From assembly GCA_041484665.1 (NCBI GenBank), contig JBGPIA010000014.1, positions 32,001-96,000 of the forward strand: a stretch of DNA of 64,000 nucleotides. Direction: 5' to 3'. Position numbers and translations under genes: made by a program. A model generated the notes under the pieces. The model searched no databases and was not told where the DNA came from. It saw only the letters and a program-made list of their open reading frames with translations. The DNA comes from Candidatus Krumholzibacteriia bacterium (GTDB lineage: Bacteria > Krumholzibacteriota > Krumholzibacteriia > JAJRXK01). Shown here piece after piece: positions 40,144 through 50,074 of the stretch (positions within the stretch are counted from its first letter, which is position 1; each line of letters starts with the position of its first letter).

Positions 40144-41298
40144 TCAGTGGGCGCCGAAGCGGGACTTGATCGAGCCCCAGCTCTTGTCGCCGTTCGGCAC
40201 AGGCGAGCACATGGTCGTCCCGTTGTCCCACGTGCTGAGCAACGTCTGCGTGTCCGGGCTGCTGTCGTCCAGCACGACGCTTCGGTTGCCCACGCTCTCC
40301 CAGGTATTGCAGTCGTCCTTCTTGAACTTGTATTCGATGGTGGCGGGCACCGGCTGGCCGGGCAGGAAGTGCACGCATGCTTCCCACAGGTTGATCCCCA
40401 CGAGCACCATGGGAACTCCCGTGGTCCAGACCGTCAGCTCCGGTGCGGAGCCGATGACGCACACAACGCCGTTGGTCGGCACGCCTTCGAGGCAGGCCTG
40501 GAAGCAGATGATCTTCTCCGCCTGCAGCGTCCGCCCCAGGTCGCAGCCGAGCGGCGCGTTGTTGTAGCTGTCGGGAGCCAGCGTCACGTTGATGGTGCCA
40601 TCGGTGGGCAGCGTCACGAAGCGGTTGCCCACGAACTCCCAGTCGGTGCAGTCGTCCTTCTTGTACTTGTACTCGAATGCCGGGCTACTGCCGGCGGCAA
40701 ACGTGACGGTGGTCATCCACAGCTCGCCGCTCACATTCGTCATCGTCACGCCGGTCCCCCAGACGCCGAGCTCCGGGGCACTGCCGATCACGCACGGCGG
40801 TGCGTTGGTCGTCGTGCCGCTCATGCAGAGGGTGAACGTGACCGCGACCGCGGCGGGGAGCACGTTGGTCACGGTGTAGCGCAGCGGGGGCGCGTGACCC
40901 TGCTGATCGCCCAGCATTTCGAACGATGTGCCGTCGGTCAGATCGTGGAACACAACCGTGACGTCGACGTAGGCGGCCCCTGCGAGCGCGGCCTGGGGGA
41001 TGTCCGCCTTGTACTCGTCATTGCTACCGACGTCCACGTTGTAGGTCATCGCGAGCGTGATGGATGCCGCAATGTTCGTGGTGTAGATGAGATCGGCGGT
41101 GACCCCCGCGCCCTGGCCCGCACTGTCGGTGGTGCCCTCCTTCCAGACCTGCGCGTACACGGTCACCGGTCCGGTCGGAACGACCAGGGCACCGTTGTTG
41201 GGGTACACGTTGCCCGCCCAGCCGATCGCGGCCCAGGCGTTCGCCGCGAAACACACGGAGACGGCGCAGGCCATCCCCATCAAGAGCAGCTTTCTCAC
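40144..41298 (-). CDS. Secreted starch-binding protein: amylopullulanase-type accessory domain + two CBM20-like domains + WGxIK tail
   Basis: Signal peptide; IGWAGN..YAQVW..GQG..DVGSNDEYKA; two CVIGSAPEL.VW.TGV.M..EYK(Y/F)KKDDC..WE.VGNR repeats; ends SWGSIKSRFGAH. Confidence 0.85.
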   Translation of the reverse strand: MRKLLLMGMACAVSVCFAANAWAAIGWAGNVYPNNGALVVPTGPVTVYAQVWKEGTTDSAGQGAGVTADLIYTTNIAASITLAMTYNVDVGSNDEYKADIPQAALAGAAYVDVTVVFHDLTDGTSFEMLGDQQGHAPPLRYTVTNVLPAAVAVTFTLCMSGTTTNAPPCVIGSAPELGVWGTGVTMTNVSGELWMTTVTFAAGSSPAFEYKYKKDDCTDWEFVGNRFVTLPTDGTINVTLAPDSYNNAPLGCDLGRTLQAEKIICFQACLEGVPTNGVVCVIGSAPELTVWTTGVPMVLVGINLWEACVHFLPGQPVPATIEYKFKKDDCNTWESVGNRSVVLDDSSPDTQTLLSTWDNGTTMCSPVPNGDKSWGSIKSRFGAH

Positions 41299-41375
41299 TG
41301 AAGTCCTCCTGTTCTTGGGTTGTCCCGACTTCTCGACGAAGCCTGCGTTCCCTGCGCCTCCCGCAGGGCCAGGGG

Positions 41376-43844
41376 CTAACGCACGAGAGCCACCTTCAGC
41401 CCGTCGACGCTCCCAGCGGCGATCAGGCGCGCGAAATAGACCCCGCTGGCCACCACGGATCCGTCCGCGGCGCGGCCGTCCCAGGTCAGCTCGTGGCGGC
41501 CGGCGGCCAGCACCCCGTCCACCAACGTGGCGAGGTAGCGCCCGCGCGCGTCGAAGAGCTCCAGGCGCGCGTGACCGGCCGCTGGCAGCTCGAACACCAG
41601 GGTCGTGCGGGGGTTGAACGGATTCGGCCGCGCCTCCACCAGGCGTGGCAGCGCCCGTGGCGCGGGCGCGTCTCCGATTCCCACGGGGACCGTCCGGTGC
41701 AGGATGTCCACGGGGAGGATCTGGGGATTGGACGCCGCGTTGAACTGGTCGTCGAGGGCAGCGAAGCGGTTCGGCAGCCCGACACCCTCGTAGGTGCTGT
41801 TGACCGCGTACTTGTACTCGAGGGCGTAGTTGCTGCTGTCGGGGAAGACCACCGAGCCCGAGTAGATCTTGTCACCCGCCGCCGCGTCCGGGGCGACCCC
41901 GTCATCGTGCATGGCCAGCCCGGTGCCGATGTCGAAGCCCAGCGGCGCCACGCTTCCCGTGAGCCGTAGGTTGAGCGGTGGCGAATAGCTCGACTGGCTG
42001 GTGTCCACCCGGAACACCACTTTGACGCTGTGACCGATCACGAAGCAACGATCGAAGTAGGCCAGCGGCAGCACCAGCGGCCCGTGGGCCCCGCCGATGG
42101 TGTCATAGAGCTGGTCGTTGAGGAACAGGGCCCGGTTCCCCGTTTGCGCGCATTCGAAGGCCTCGTTCAGCAGGAACTTGTACTCCACGGTCTTGAGGGT
42201 TCCGGTGGGGAAGCGCGCCACGACCGTGTAGACCTTGTCCCCCGCCGTCGCATCCTGCCCCGTCCCATCGTCCACCATGGGGGTGAACGGGGCGGCGAAG
42301 GTCAGCGGCAGTTGGCTGCCGCCCAGGCCCACCTGATCGGAAACGCCGGGGTTTTGCCGGTTCATGTCCACCCGGATGACCACGTCGACGGCGTGGGTCG
42401 TGAACGCGGTGGGGTCGAGATCGTCCCAGTAGACGGAGATGGTCTGGACCGACGGGCTGGCCAATGCCAGCGTGAACGAGCGATTGCCGATCGACTCGAA
42501 GGTCGAGCAGTTGTGGGCGAATTTCCATTCCACGACCAGGCTGCCCGAGTTGTCGGCGCAGCTCACTGCGAAGGAGAACTTTGTGGTGAAGGTCCAGGTG
42601 TTGTTGACGCCCATATCGGTCATGCTCGCGCCGTCGCAGAGCGCAAACGTCAGGGGCGCCTTGCTGCCCTCGACGGTGAAGCCATCGGGCGGTGAGCTGT
42701 GCTGGGCGAGGTACGGGCCGAACTTTCCCTCGAAGCTGATCTGCTTCACGGCGAAACAGCCGACGTTGCCCACCCCATTGGCTACGATGGTGTTGTTGTG
42801 GAGGTCCTTCACCCCGTTCACCGTCACGCGGTAGGCGTCCGCGGAGGCGACGAGGTCGCTGGAGAGGGTCAGATGGACGACGTTGGGCGCGACGCCGTCG
42901 CGCGCGGCCGCTGTCACCGTGGCGGGGGAAGTGCCGCCGCTGACACTGAAGTGGCTCGCCACGCCCGCCGTCGCTGCGTCGACCGGCTCGTTGAACGTCA
43001 CGTCGATCTGGGCGGTGAGCGGATGGCTGGCGCCCGTGACCAGCGGTGGTGACGTGTCGACGGTGCTCTGCACACCGTAGGTTAGATACGAGGTCATCTG
43101 CACCGCCGTCGTGACGTCGAACGTCGTCCCGGTCGTGGTGGAGGTCTGGACGGCATCGCTGGCCACCGCGTCCAGCGGCGGCTTGCTCGTGCCATCCTGG
43201 GTCATCCACAGCTCCAGGTAGAGGGGATTCCCCGCCGTGACGCCGAAGACGCTCAAGGGCAGGGACAGCTCCTCGAACCCGGTGTCGTTGGCCATCCCCA
43301 GACCGTTGCTGCCGCTGCCGTAGGCGGGGTTCACCGTAGCGGAGACGTTGGACCAGGCGCTGCCCGTCCACTTGTAGAGCACCTCGTAGTTGAACGCATC
43401 GAGCACCACGTAGAAGACACTGTCCGGTTTGCGCGCGATGGTGCCCCAGGCGATCTTGCGGGAGAACGGGTCGGTGGTCCCGCCGTCTCCCTCCGCACCG
43501 TAGCTGAACGCGATGCCCAGGTTGACCTGCGGGGACGCGAAGCAGTAGCGCCGGTACTCGAAGCCGATGTACAGGTTGTTGGCGTCGTTGGTGACGAACA
43601 CCTTCTTGATGTCCATGGGCGACTCGAGGCCGGGAGTGCCGGTGCACCAGTCCTTGGTCTCCGTGTCGCCCGTGTCGTCGGACAGCAGGTTGGCGGCATT
43701 GAAGTCGTTCACGCCGTCGACCGCGATCGTCTGCGGAACCTGGGCCAGTGCCGCCGCCGCCAGCAGGATCAACGGGGCGGCGCTCCAGACTCCCAGGAGC
43801 CGTGTCACACGCATGTGATGCCGTGTCGTGCGCAAGTGATGCAT
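41376..43844 (-). CDS. Secreted multi-domain carbohydrate-binding protein (DOMON-like, Ig, CBM20-like, DDGxxxD motifs, FlgD-Ig CTD)
   Basis: RBS AAGGAG; signal peptide; VTFNEPVD Ig; EYKF..E...NR repeats; MVDDGTGQDATAGDKVY and MHDDGVAPDAAAGDKIY; PNPFNP CTD. Confidence 0.8.
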   Translation of the reverse strand: MHHLRTTRHHMRVTRLLGVWSAAPLILLAAAALAQVPQTIAVDGVNDFNAANLLSDDTGDTETKDWCTGTPGLESPMDIKKVFVTNDANNLYIGFEYRRYCFASPQVNLGIAFSYGAEGDGGTTDPFSRKIAWGTIARKPDSVFYVVLDAFNYEVLYKWTGSAWSNVSATVNPAYGSGSNGLGMANDTGFEELSLPLSVFGVTAGNPLYLELWMTQDGTSKPPLDAVASDAVQTSTTTGTTFDVTTAVQMTSYLTYGVQSTVDTSPPLVTGASHPLTAQIDVTFNEPVDAATAGVASHFSVSGGTSPATVTAAARDGVAPNVVHLTLSSDLVASADAYRVTVNGVKDLHNNTIVANGVGNVGCFAVKQISFEGKFGPYLAQHSSPPDGFTVEGSKAPLTFALCDGASMTDMGVNNTWTFTTKFSFAVSCADNSGSLVVEWKFAHNCSTFESIGNRSFTLALASPSVQTISVYWDDLDPTAFTTHAVDVVIRVDMNRQNPGVSDQVGLGGSQLPLTFAAPFTPMVDDGTGQDATAGDKVYTVVARFPTGTLKTVEYKFLLNEAFECAQTGNRALFLNDQLYDTIGGAHGPLVLPLAYFDRCFVIGHSVKVVFRVDTSQSSYSPPLNLRLTGSVAPLGFDIGTGLAMHDDGVAPDAAAGDKIYSGSVVFPDSSNYALEYKYAVNSTYEGVGLPNRFAALDDQFNAASNPQILPVDILHRTVPVGIGDAPAPRALPRLVEARPNPFNPRTTLVFELPAAGHARLELFDARGRYLATLVDGVLAAGRHELTWDGRAADGSVVASGVYFARLIAAGSVDGLKVALVR

Positions 43845-43867
43845 GGCTCTCCTTCGGGTCTCTCGAC

Positions 43868-46800
43868 CTACTTGGCCAGGGTGATCTTGCGAGTGAGGAT
43901 GGTCTCCCCGATCTGCAGGCGGACGACGTACTCGCCCGAGGCCACCGCCGCGCCGCTTTGATCCGTGCCCGCCCAGGTCATCCGGTGTTCGCCGATCCCT
44001 ACGGGCACTCCGTCCAGCAGGAGCGTCACCAAGCGCCCGCGCAGGTCGTGCAGGGTCAGGTGCACGCGGGCCGCGGCGTCGTGCGGCGGCACGAAGAAGC
44101 GGATCGAGGTTGCGGGGTTGAAGGGGTTGGGAACGTTGGGCAACAGGACCGCGTGCCCAGCGGCCAGCGCCGGTACCGCCGTCACCGGGTCGGCAATTGC
44201 GACCATCTGGTTGGGGGTCATGGCGTTGGCGTTGCACGAGACATCGCGCACGTTGCTCGCCAACAGGCTGTAGCGGCCCGCGGCCGGCACGGCCTGCGTC
44301 TCCAGCAGCACCAGCGCGGGCGCCGGTCCGGATTGGGCCGCCGTTACCGCGATGGTGCTGGCGGGCACCTGGGTGTCGAAGATGGTGTAGTTGGCCGGCT
44401 GGGTCGCGCTGCCGGCGTCCACCGCCTCGTTGAAGGCCAGCAGCACTCGATACGGGCTGCCACCCGTGGATTGCACGGTCGCTGACAGCAGCAGCGGGCC
44501 CGCCATGTCCTCCAGATCGGGCAGCCCATCGCCGTCGCCGTCCACCACGAAGCTGAGATGGTTGTCCACGTTGGGGAGCGTGGCTGCGATGGCATTGGGC
44601 AGGACGTCGCCGCCCAGCTGGCCATCGGGGTCGGGGTCCCAGCACAGGCTCGCCACGAACCCGATCTGCGCGCCGGGCGGCACGTGGCCCGGGCCTAGGC
44701 CGTAGAGCACTTCCCAGGGGATGGCGATCTCGCTGCCGCCGCCACCGGCGTACACGTGCTGTGAATCGAAGGCCGACAGGATCTGCGCGCTGAGATTGAC
44801 GGTCGCGCTGGCCGACACGATGCGGAAGAAGCTGTCGCTGTCGTACTGCCCCTGGTGCTGGTAGCAGCCGTACTCGAAGTCGGGCTTGAACGACGCCTGC
44901 AGGAAATGCGCCCCGCGCTCCCAGGCGTCGATTGCCGACAGGTCGCTCTGCCCGTTGGGGCCGCCGGGATCGGTGTCCAGATAGAGGATCCACGAGTTGC
45001 TCGACGCGGTCCCGTCGATGGCGAGGTACAGATACGTCGCGTCCCAGCGCGCGTACACTCCGTCGAGCTCGTTGCTGGCCGTCCAGATCGAGTCGCCCGG
45101 GGGATCGAGGAAAACCTTGTTGCAGGGGCGCTGCCATTGCGCGGCCTCGACGTGTCCGTCGATCGCGACCGCCGTCGCGGCGCCGTAGCTGAGACCGATG
45201 GTGCGCGCCGGCCCGGCCACCCCACCCGCATCCCGCACCGAGCCCGCAGACACCAGCAGGCGTAGCGCGGCGTGGTTGAGCGCCTCCAGCGCGGCCGCTT
45301 CGGCCGGTGTGAGCTGCAGGCTCAAGGTGAGCGCAGGCGTGGTCTCGACGACCGTGGTGCCGGCGCCCAGCACGACCTCGGGCACGCCGTCGCCGTTGCC
45401 GTCCACGGCGAACCCGCCGGGGACCAGGCCGCCGGGGGCCGCGCCCTGGTCGAACGTCACACGCAGGCGATCGGTGCCGGGGAGGTAGACCGCCGACTCC
45501 GGGCGCGGCCCGAGCACGTCCACGAGCGCCCCAGCCAGCGCGCGCAGCTGTGCGATCTCGCCGCCGACGGGCGCGGACGTCTGCCCTGCGTACAGGTAGA
45601 ACTCGAAGGCGCCCGAGCCGACGATCTCGTCACCCTTCATGATTTGCCCCGAGAACTCGCGCTGGTGGTCGGCCCCGGCCGTTCCCAGCACGTACGCCAC
45701 GGTCGCGCCGGTGTTGGGATTGCGCCGTCCCATGTACGCCCGGTCGGGGGTCCACACCCGGTCCATCTGCGCCCGCCAGATCAGGTCCAGCAGGTCGGGG
45801 CTCATGCCGGTCTGGATGTAGGTGGTCTGCGCGGCGGTCCGATAGGTTGCGCGGATGTACGGCTGCCCCGTGTCCAACGTGAAAGTCTTCTGCAGCCCGC
45901 CGGGATGGCGGAAGGTCACCGCGACCGTGGAGCCCGCTGCGGAGTCGATCGTCCACGCGTACGGATCGTGTTGGGTATTGGGCCCGACGTCGCTGAACGC
46001 GCCCACGTGGTTGCCGTCGTTGTAGTCGGCCTCGGTGCCGTACCAGTAAGCATTGTCGACGCCGACCGCGCTGAACTCGTAGCCAGTCCCCTTGGCGAAG
46101 ATGTTGACGGCCCGCCCACCGATCCCCTCGAAGCAAGCGAAGATGCGCTCGTTGTGGAGCACGACCTCGTCGTAGCCGTCCTCGTCGAGGTCTGCGACGA
46201 ACGCGCCGGTGGGGTTGCCGTAGAGGCCCGCGGCCCAGCGTGCCGCCTCGGCATAGACCAGCGCGTTCTTGGTCTTGGCGCTGTAGGTGTGCTCCCACCC
46301 GCTGATGGGGCCACCGAAGCCATCGTGCCAGGCCGTCTCGTGCAGATTGGTCATCAGCACGTACCAGCCGCTTTCGCTCAAGTTGTTGCTGGGGACCGAC
46401 AGCAGCTTGTTCACCGCGGCGGTCCACAGCGCGCCATAGTTGCGGCAGTTGCCGGCGGTCCCCGCGCACGCGCCAGAGCCATTGCCGCCGGTCACGTAGG
46501 GGACGAACCCCGCCCAATGGGTGTACCACCCGTTATTGCCGCCTCCGTAGCCCGCGGTGCCGCCGATCTCCTGGTAACAGCCCAAAGTGAGCTGGGGGAT
46601 CGTCGCGCCGTTGAAATCGGGATTGTCGAGCGCGTCATCGAGGCGCCAGACGTGGATCCAGGCCTCGCTGGCCACCTTGTTGATGAACCAGTCGTAGGTC
46701 TCCTTGGCCTGGGGCGTTGCGGTGGCCCACGAGCCCATCTCGGCCGCGGCCTCCCAGTCCTCCGCATAGACTGCGATGCGGTATTGCCCCACCCCACTGT

Positions 46801-48247
46801 TGGCCAGGCCGGTGAGCACATCGAGCGCCCCCTGCCCGTTGCCGCCCACGATGCGGCCCGTGAAGGTCCGGTCGCGCGGCACGATCCGCAGCCCGTTGCT
46901 CAGGAAATGGATCTGGTGGTTGTTGTAGCCGGCCACGTGCACGTCATCGTCGAGGATCACGGCGTGCACCCCGTTGGGGAGGAAGTCATCGCCAGGCCAG
47001 TCTTGCACCCCCGCGCTGGGATATCGCGCCGGATCCAGCCAGGTGCGCTCCGGGATCCAAGCGGTGTGCGGCACGTAGCCGTAGCGATACGCCACCATGT
47101 CCGACTCGGTGTGCACGGACCAGCTGTTCATCGCATCGGTCACGAAGGGCATGATGTGCTGGGCGTACGCGCTGGTGAGCATGGCGACCCACCCCGCCTG
47201 CACGCCGGTGGCGAGCCAGGCATTGAAGCCGATGGGACTGCCGTTGTTGGCGTCCCACTGCGCGGCCGTGATCAAGGGGCCCGACAGGTGGAAGTTGCCC
47301 GGAACACCGGTGGTCTGGTGGATGCGGAGCGTCTCATCGAAGCCGCTGCCCTGTGGGTCATCGGCGCGCCCGAAGAACACGTCGGTAGAGGCGAGCCCCT
47401 GGTTGCCGTGGTGGGCGAACGCGCAGTGCGCCTCGCTGACCGCGGTTCGCGGGTACGTCCCGGCGATCTCGTCGATGACAGGATCCGCAGGCGGTGGCGC
47501 GGTGTCACTGTGCAGCGGCAGCGGGGCCGCGGCGGCGAGCGATTGCACCCGGATCCGCAGCGGCTCCGTGGCGCTCGCTTTTGCCACCTCGCGCAGGAGG
47601 GTACCGTCGCCGGGTACCAGCATCAGGAGCACCTCGCCCGCAACGGCGGTTGCGCCGACGACGGCCGACGGGCTCACGCCGCCCGACACGCCGTGGTCAG
47701 GTCCTGCGGCCGCGGCCAGATCCACGATCCCGCCGGCGTCGAGGGCGCGCCGGGGCTCGAGCTCGCGCAGGAACAGGACCGTCCCCCGGGCGTCGGTCAT
47801 GCCCAGCCGCAGACGGCCACCTTCGCGCCAGAAGCGCTGGCTTTGCATCGACGGCCCGCCGGTCATGTCCACGCGCACCAGGATGTCGCCACCCTCCAGG
47901 GGGCGGACCCAGAGGCTCAGCAGATCTGCGCCCGCGTCACCCCGCGCGTCGGTCGCGGCATCAACAGCGATCAGATCGGGGGGCCTCAACTGGGGCAATC
48001 CGACGGCGGCGGTCGCTGCCCGGCCGGTGGGCGGGAGCGGCACGAGCGTCAGGACGGCCAGCAGGCCCAGGCAGGCCAGGAAACCACGCCGGATCAGCGG
48101 GCCCGGCCGGGTGCGTGTGCCGGAGCGGGTCGGGAGGTCGCGCCGGGCCGGCAGGCCGTTCCAAATCGGGCATTGGAGACCGCTGCGCGAGTCCCCTGAG
48201 CAGGGGCGGCGATGGGAGCGCGACGCAGCATGGCTCATGCGGCGCAT
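43868..48247 (-). CDS. Secreted GH57-family glycoside hydrolase with DOMON-like, Ig and FlgD-Ig C-terminal domains
   Basis: AHHGNQ, SAYAQHIMP, WIPERTW (nucleophile E), YAEDWE (acid/base D), DLDEDGYDEV; PNPFNP CTD; start uncertain. Confidence 0.8.
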   Translation of the reverse strand: MRRMSHAASRSHRRPCSGDSRSGLQCPIWNGLPARRDLPTRSGTRTRPGPLIRRGFLACLGLLAVLTLVPLPPTGRAATAAVGLPQLRPPDLIAVDAATDARGDAGADLLSLWVRPLEGGDILVRVDMTGGPSMQSQRFWREGGRLRLGMTDARGTVLFLRELEPRRALDAGGIVDLAAAAGPDHGVSGGVSPSAVVGATAVAGEVLLMLVPGDGTLLREVAKASATEPLRIRVQSLAAAAPLPLHSDTAPPPADPVIDEIAGTYPRTAVSEAHCAFAHHGNQGLASTDVFFGRADDPQGSGFDETLRIHQTTGVPGNFHLSGPLITAAQWDANNGSPIGFNAWLATGVQAGWVAMLTSAYAQHIMPFVTDAMNSWSVHTESDMVAYRYGYVPHTAWIPERTWLDPARYPSAGVQDWPGDDFLPNGVHAVILDDDVHVAGYNNHQIHFLSNGLRIVPRDRTFTGRIVGGNGQGALDVLTGLANSGVGQYRIAVYAEDWEAAAEMGSWATATPQAKETYDWFINKVASEAWIHVWRLDDALDNPDFNGATIPQLTLGCYQEIGGTAGYGGGNNGWYTHWAGFVPYVTGGNGSGACAGTAGNCRNYGALWTAAVNKLLSVPSNNLSESGWYVLMTNLHETAWHDGFGGPISGWEHTYSAKTKNALVYAEAARWAAGLYGNPTGAFVADLDEDGYDEVVLHNERIFACFEGIGGRAVNIFAKGTGYEFSAVGVDNAYWYGTEADYNDGNHVGAFSDVGPNTQHDPYAWTIDSAAGSTVAVTFRHPGGLQKTFTLDTGQPYIRATYRTAAQTTYIQTGMSPDLLDLIWRAQMDRVWTPDRAYMGRRNPNTGATVAYVLGTAGADHQREFSGQIMKGDEIVGSGAFEFYLYAGQTSAPVGGEIAQLRALAGALVDVLGPRPESAVYLPGTDRLRVTFDQGAAPGGLVPGGFAVDGNGDGVPEVVLGAGTTVVETTPALTLSLQLTPAEAAALEALNHAALRLLVSAGSVRDAGGVAGPARTIGLSYGAATAVAIDGHVEAAQWQRPCNKVFLDPPGDSIWTASNELDGVYARWDATYLYLAIDGTASSNSWILYLDTDPGGPNGQSDLSAIDAWERGAHFLQASFKPDFEYGCYQHQGQYDSDSFFRIVSASATVNLSAQILSAFDSQHVYAGGGGSEIAIPWEVLYGLGPGHVPPGAQIGFVASLCWDPDPDGQLGGDVLPNAIAATLPNVDNHLSFVVDGDGDGLPDLEDMAGPLLLSATVQSTGGSPYRVLLAFNEAVDAGSATQPANYTIFDTQVPASTIAVTAAQSGPAPALVLLETQAVPAAGRYSLLASNVRDVSCNANAMTPNQMVAIADPVTAVPALAAGHAVLLPNVPNPFNPATSIRFFVPPHDAAARVHLTLHDLRGRLVTLLLDGVPVGIGEHRMTWAGTDQSGAAVASGEYVVRLQIGETILTRKITLAK

Positions 48248-48370
48248 AGGGGGTCGGCGCCTGGTTCTGGAGCACGATCGAGCGGAGAGGCGGCAGGACG
48301 TGGGGCGAGGCTACCTCCCTTGGACTTCGCGAGTATATCATAGGAAATGAGCCCCCCGGGGGGGTAGGGA

Positions 48371-49192
48371 CTACCCCTTGACCCCTCCCAACGTGAGGCC
48401 TCCCACCAGGAACCGGCTCAGCAGCAGGAACAGGACGACGACCGGAACGGCCACCAGCAACGATCCCGCCGCGTAGTTGGCCCACTCGGTCTGGAAGGTG
48501 CTCGCCAGGCTCTCCAGGCCCAGCGGCAGGGTGTAGATGTCCCGGCTCACGATCAGCACGCGAGCGACGATGAACTCGGCCCACCCCGCCATGAAGCTGA
48601 ACAGGGCTGTGATCACCAGCGCCGGCGCCGACAGTGGCAGCGTGACGCGGCGGAAGGCCTGCAGCTCGTTCATGCCGTCGATGAGGGCGGCCTCCTCCAG
48701 CGAGCGCGGGATCGTGTCGTAGTAGCCCTTCATGGTCCAGATGCAGAATGGCAGGGCCGTGGCCGTGTAGGCCAAGACCACCCCGCCGAGCGTGTTCACC
48801 AAGCCGACCTTGCGCATGAGCAGATACAACGGGAGTAGCAGCATGGTGGCGGGGAACATCTGCGTCATGAGCACCGCGAACAGCCAGGCTCCCTTGCCCG
48901 GCAGGCGGAAGCGGCTCAGCGCGTAGGCCGCGGTCGAGGCCAGCGACACACCTAGGAGCGCCGTGGCCAGGGCCACCAGCAGGCTGTTGCGCATCCACAA
49001 CAGGAAGGGCCTCTGCAGCAGCATGACCCGATAGGCGGCGAAGGTGGCTCCGCGCGGGATCGGGTCGAGGCTCGTCGTGTAGAGCGTATCGCTGGGGCGC
49101 AGGCTGATCGTGAAGATCTGCATGACCGGGTAGACCGTCACCAGGCACAGCACGACACTCAGCACGTGCCAACGCAATGCGCGCAGGGACAT
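48371..49192 (-). CDS. Sugar ABC transporter permease (MalG-like)
   Basis: NSLLVA, AAYALSRF, QMFP, KGYYDTIPRSLEEAALIDG, GGLTLGGVKG. Confidence 0.93.
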   Translation of the reverse strand: MSLRALRWHVLSVVLCLVTVYPVMQIFTISLRPSDTLYTTSLDPIPRGATFAAYRVMLLQRPFLLWMRNSLLVALATALLGVSLASTAAYALSRFRLPGKGAWLFAVLMTQMFPATMLLLPLYLLMRKVGLVNTLGGVVLAYTATALPFCIWTMKGYYDTIPRSLEEAALIDGMNELQAFRRVTLPLSAPALVITALFSFMAGWAEFIVARVLIVSRDIYTLPLGLESLASTFQTEWANYAAGSLLVAVPVVVLFLLLSRFLVGGLTLGGVKG

Positions 49193-49201
49193 GGCGACCT
49201 C

Positions 49202-50074
49202 CTACGCCCAGGTGGGCCGCTGGCTCCGCCGATAGCTCACCCAGGTCAGCCCCATCAAGATGAAGAAGATCAGGACGCTGAACGCCGCGGCGTAGCCGTA
49301 GCGGTAGTAGTTGAAGGCGGCCTTGTACACGTACGTTACCAGGATGTGGGTCTTGTCCCCCGGCTCTCCCTGGTTGGTCACCAGCCAGATGACATTGAGA
49401 TTGTTGAACGTCCAGATCGTGCCCAGGATCACGGCGGGCAGGAGCACGGGCCGCAGCAGCGGCAGCGTGATCGTGCGCAGTCTCCACCAGCGGCCGGCCC
49501 CGTCGAGCTCGGCAGCCTCGTAGAGCTCCTGGGGGATGCTCTGGAGCCCGCCCAGCGCCACGACCATCATGAACGGGAAGCCCAGCCAGATGTTGGTGAT
49601 GGTGGGCGCCAGAAAGGCCGCCACCTCGTTGCCGAACCAGGGCACCGCCGGCACCCCCAGCTTGCCCAGCAGCAGGTTCACCGCGCCGTAGCGGTAGTTG
49701 AACATCCCGCGCCAGCTCAGCGCCGCGATGTACTGCGGAAGCGCCCACGGCAGGATCAGCAGTGCGCGGTAGATGCCACGCCCCCGGTACGGCTTGTTTA
49801 GGAGCAGCGCCAGCGTCACGCCGATCGTCACATGGAAGAACACGTTGACGGCGGTCCAAACGACCGTGCGCAGCAGGTAGTTCCACAGCTCTGGCTCGCG
49901 GAAGATGCGTGCGTACTGGCGCAGGCCGACGAACGAGGCGCCGTCCTTGATGGTGTACAGGCCCAGGTTCGTGAAGCTCAGTCCGATGTTATATGCGAAC
50001 GGCCACGCCACGACGGCCACCAGCACCAACAGCGCGGGCAAGAGGAACAGCAGCGCCGTGCGGTTGCGCGTCAC
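49202..50074 (-). CDS. Sugar ABC transporter permease (MalF-like)
   Basis: GTGA overlap start; FVGLRQY, ILPWALP, WLGFPFMM, LQSIPQELYEAAELDGA, FNN. Confidence 0.93.
   Translation of the reverse strand: MTRNRTALLFLLPALLVLVAVVAWPFAYNIGLSFTNLGLYTIKDGASFVGLRQYARIFREPELWNYLLRTVVWTAVNVFFHVTIGVTLALLLNKPYRGRGIYRALLILPWALPQYIAALSWRGMFNYRYGAVNLLLGKLGVPAVPWFGNEVAAFLAPTITNIWLGFPFMMVVALGGLQSIPQELYEAAELDGAGRWWRLRTITLPLLRPVLLPAVILGTIWTFNNLNVIWLVTNQGEPGDKTHILVTYVYKAAFNYYRYGYAAAFSVLIFFILMGLTWVSYRRSQRPTWA

Noticed and set aside
43845..45137. N-terminal extension of ORF 41376-45137 (and similar extensions at 24377, 63071, 4697)
   Set aside because: The extensions overlap neighbouring genes or non-coding DNA; internal starts with RBS or stop/start coupling fit better
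45272..48199. 975-aa plus-strand ORF and many similar long antisense ORFs (e.g. 2613-4499, 36182-38653, 59475-61412)
   Set aside because: Shadow ORFs opposite well-supported genes, expected at this GC content; no motifs
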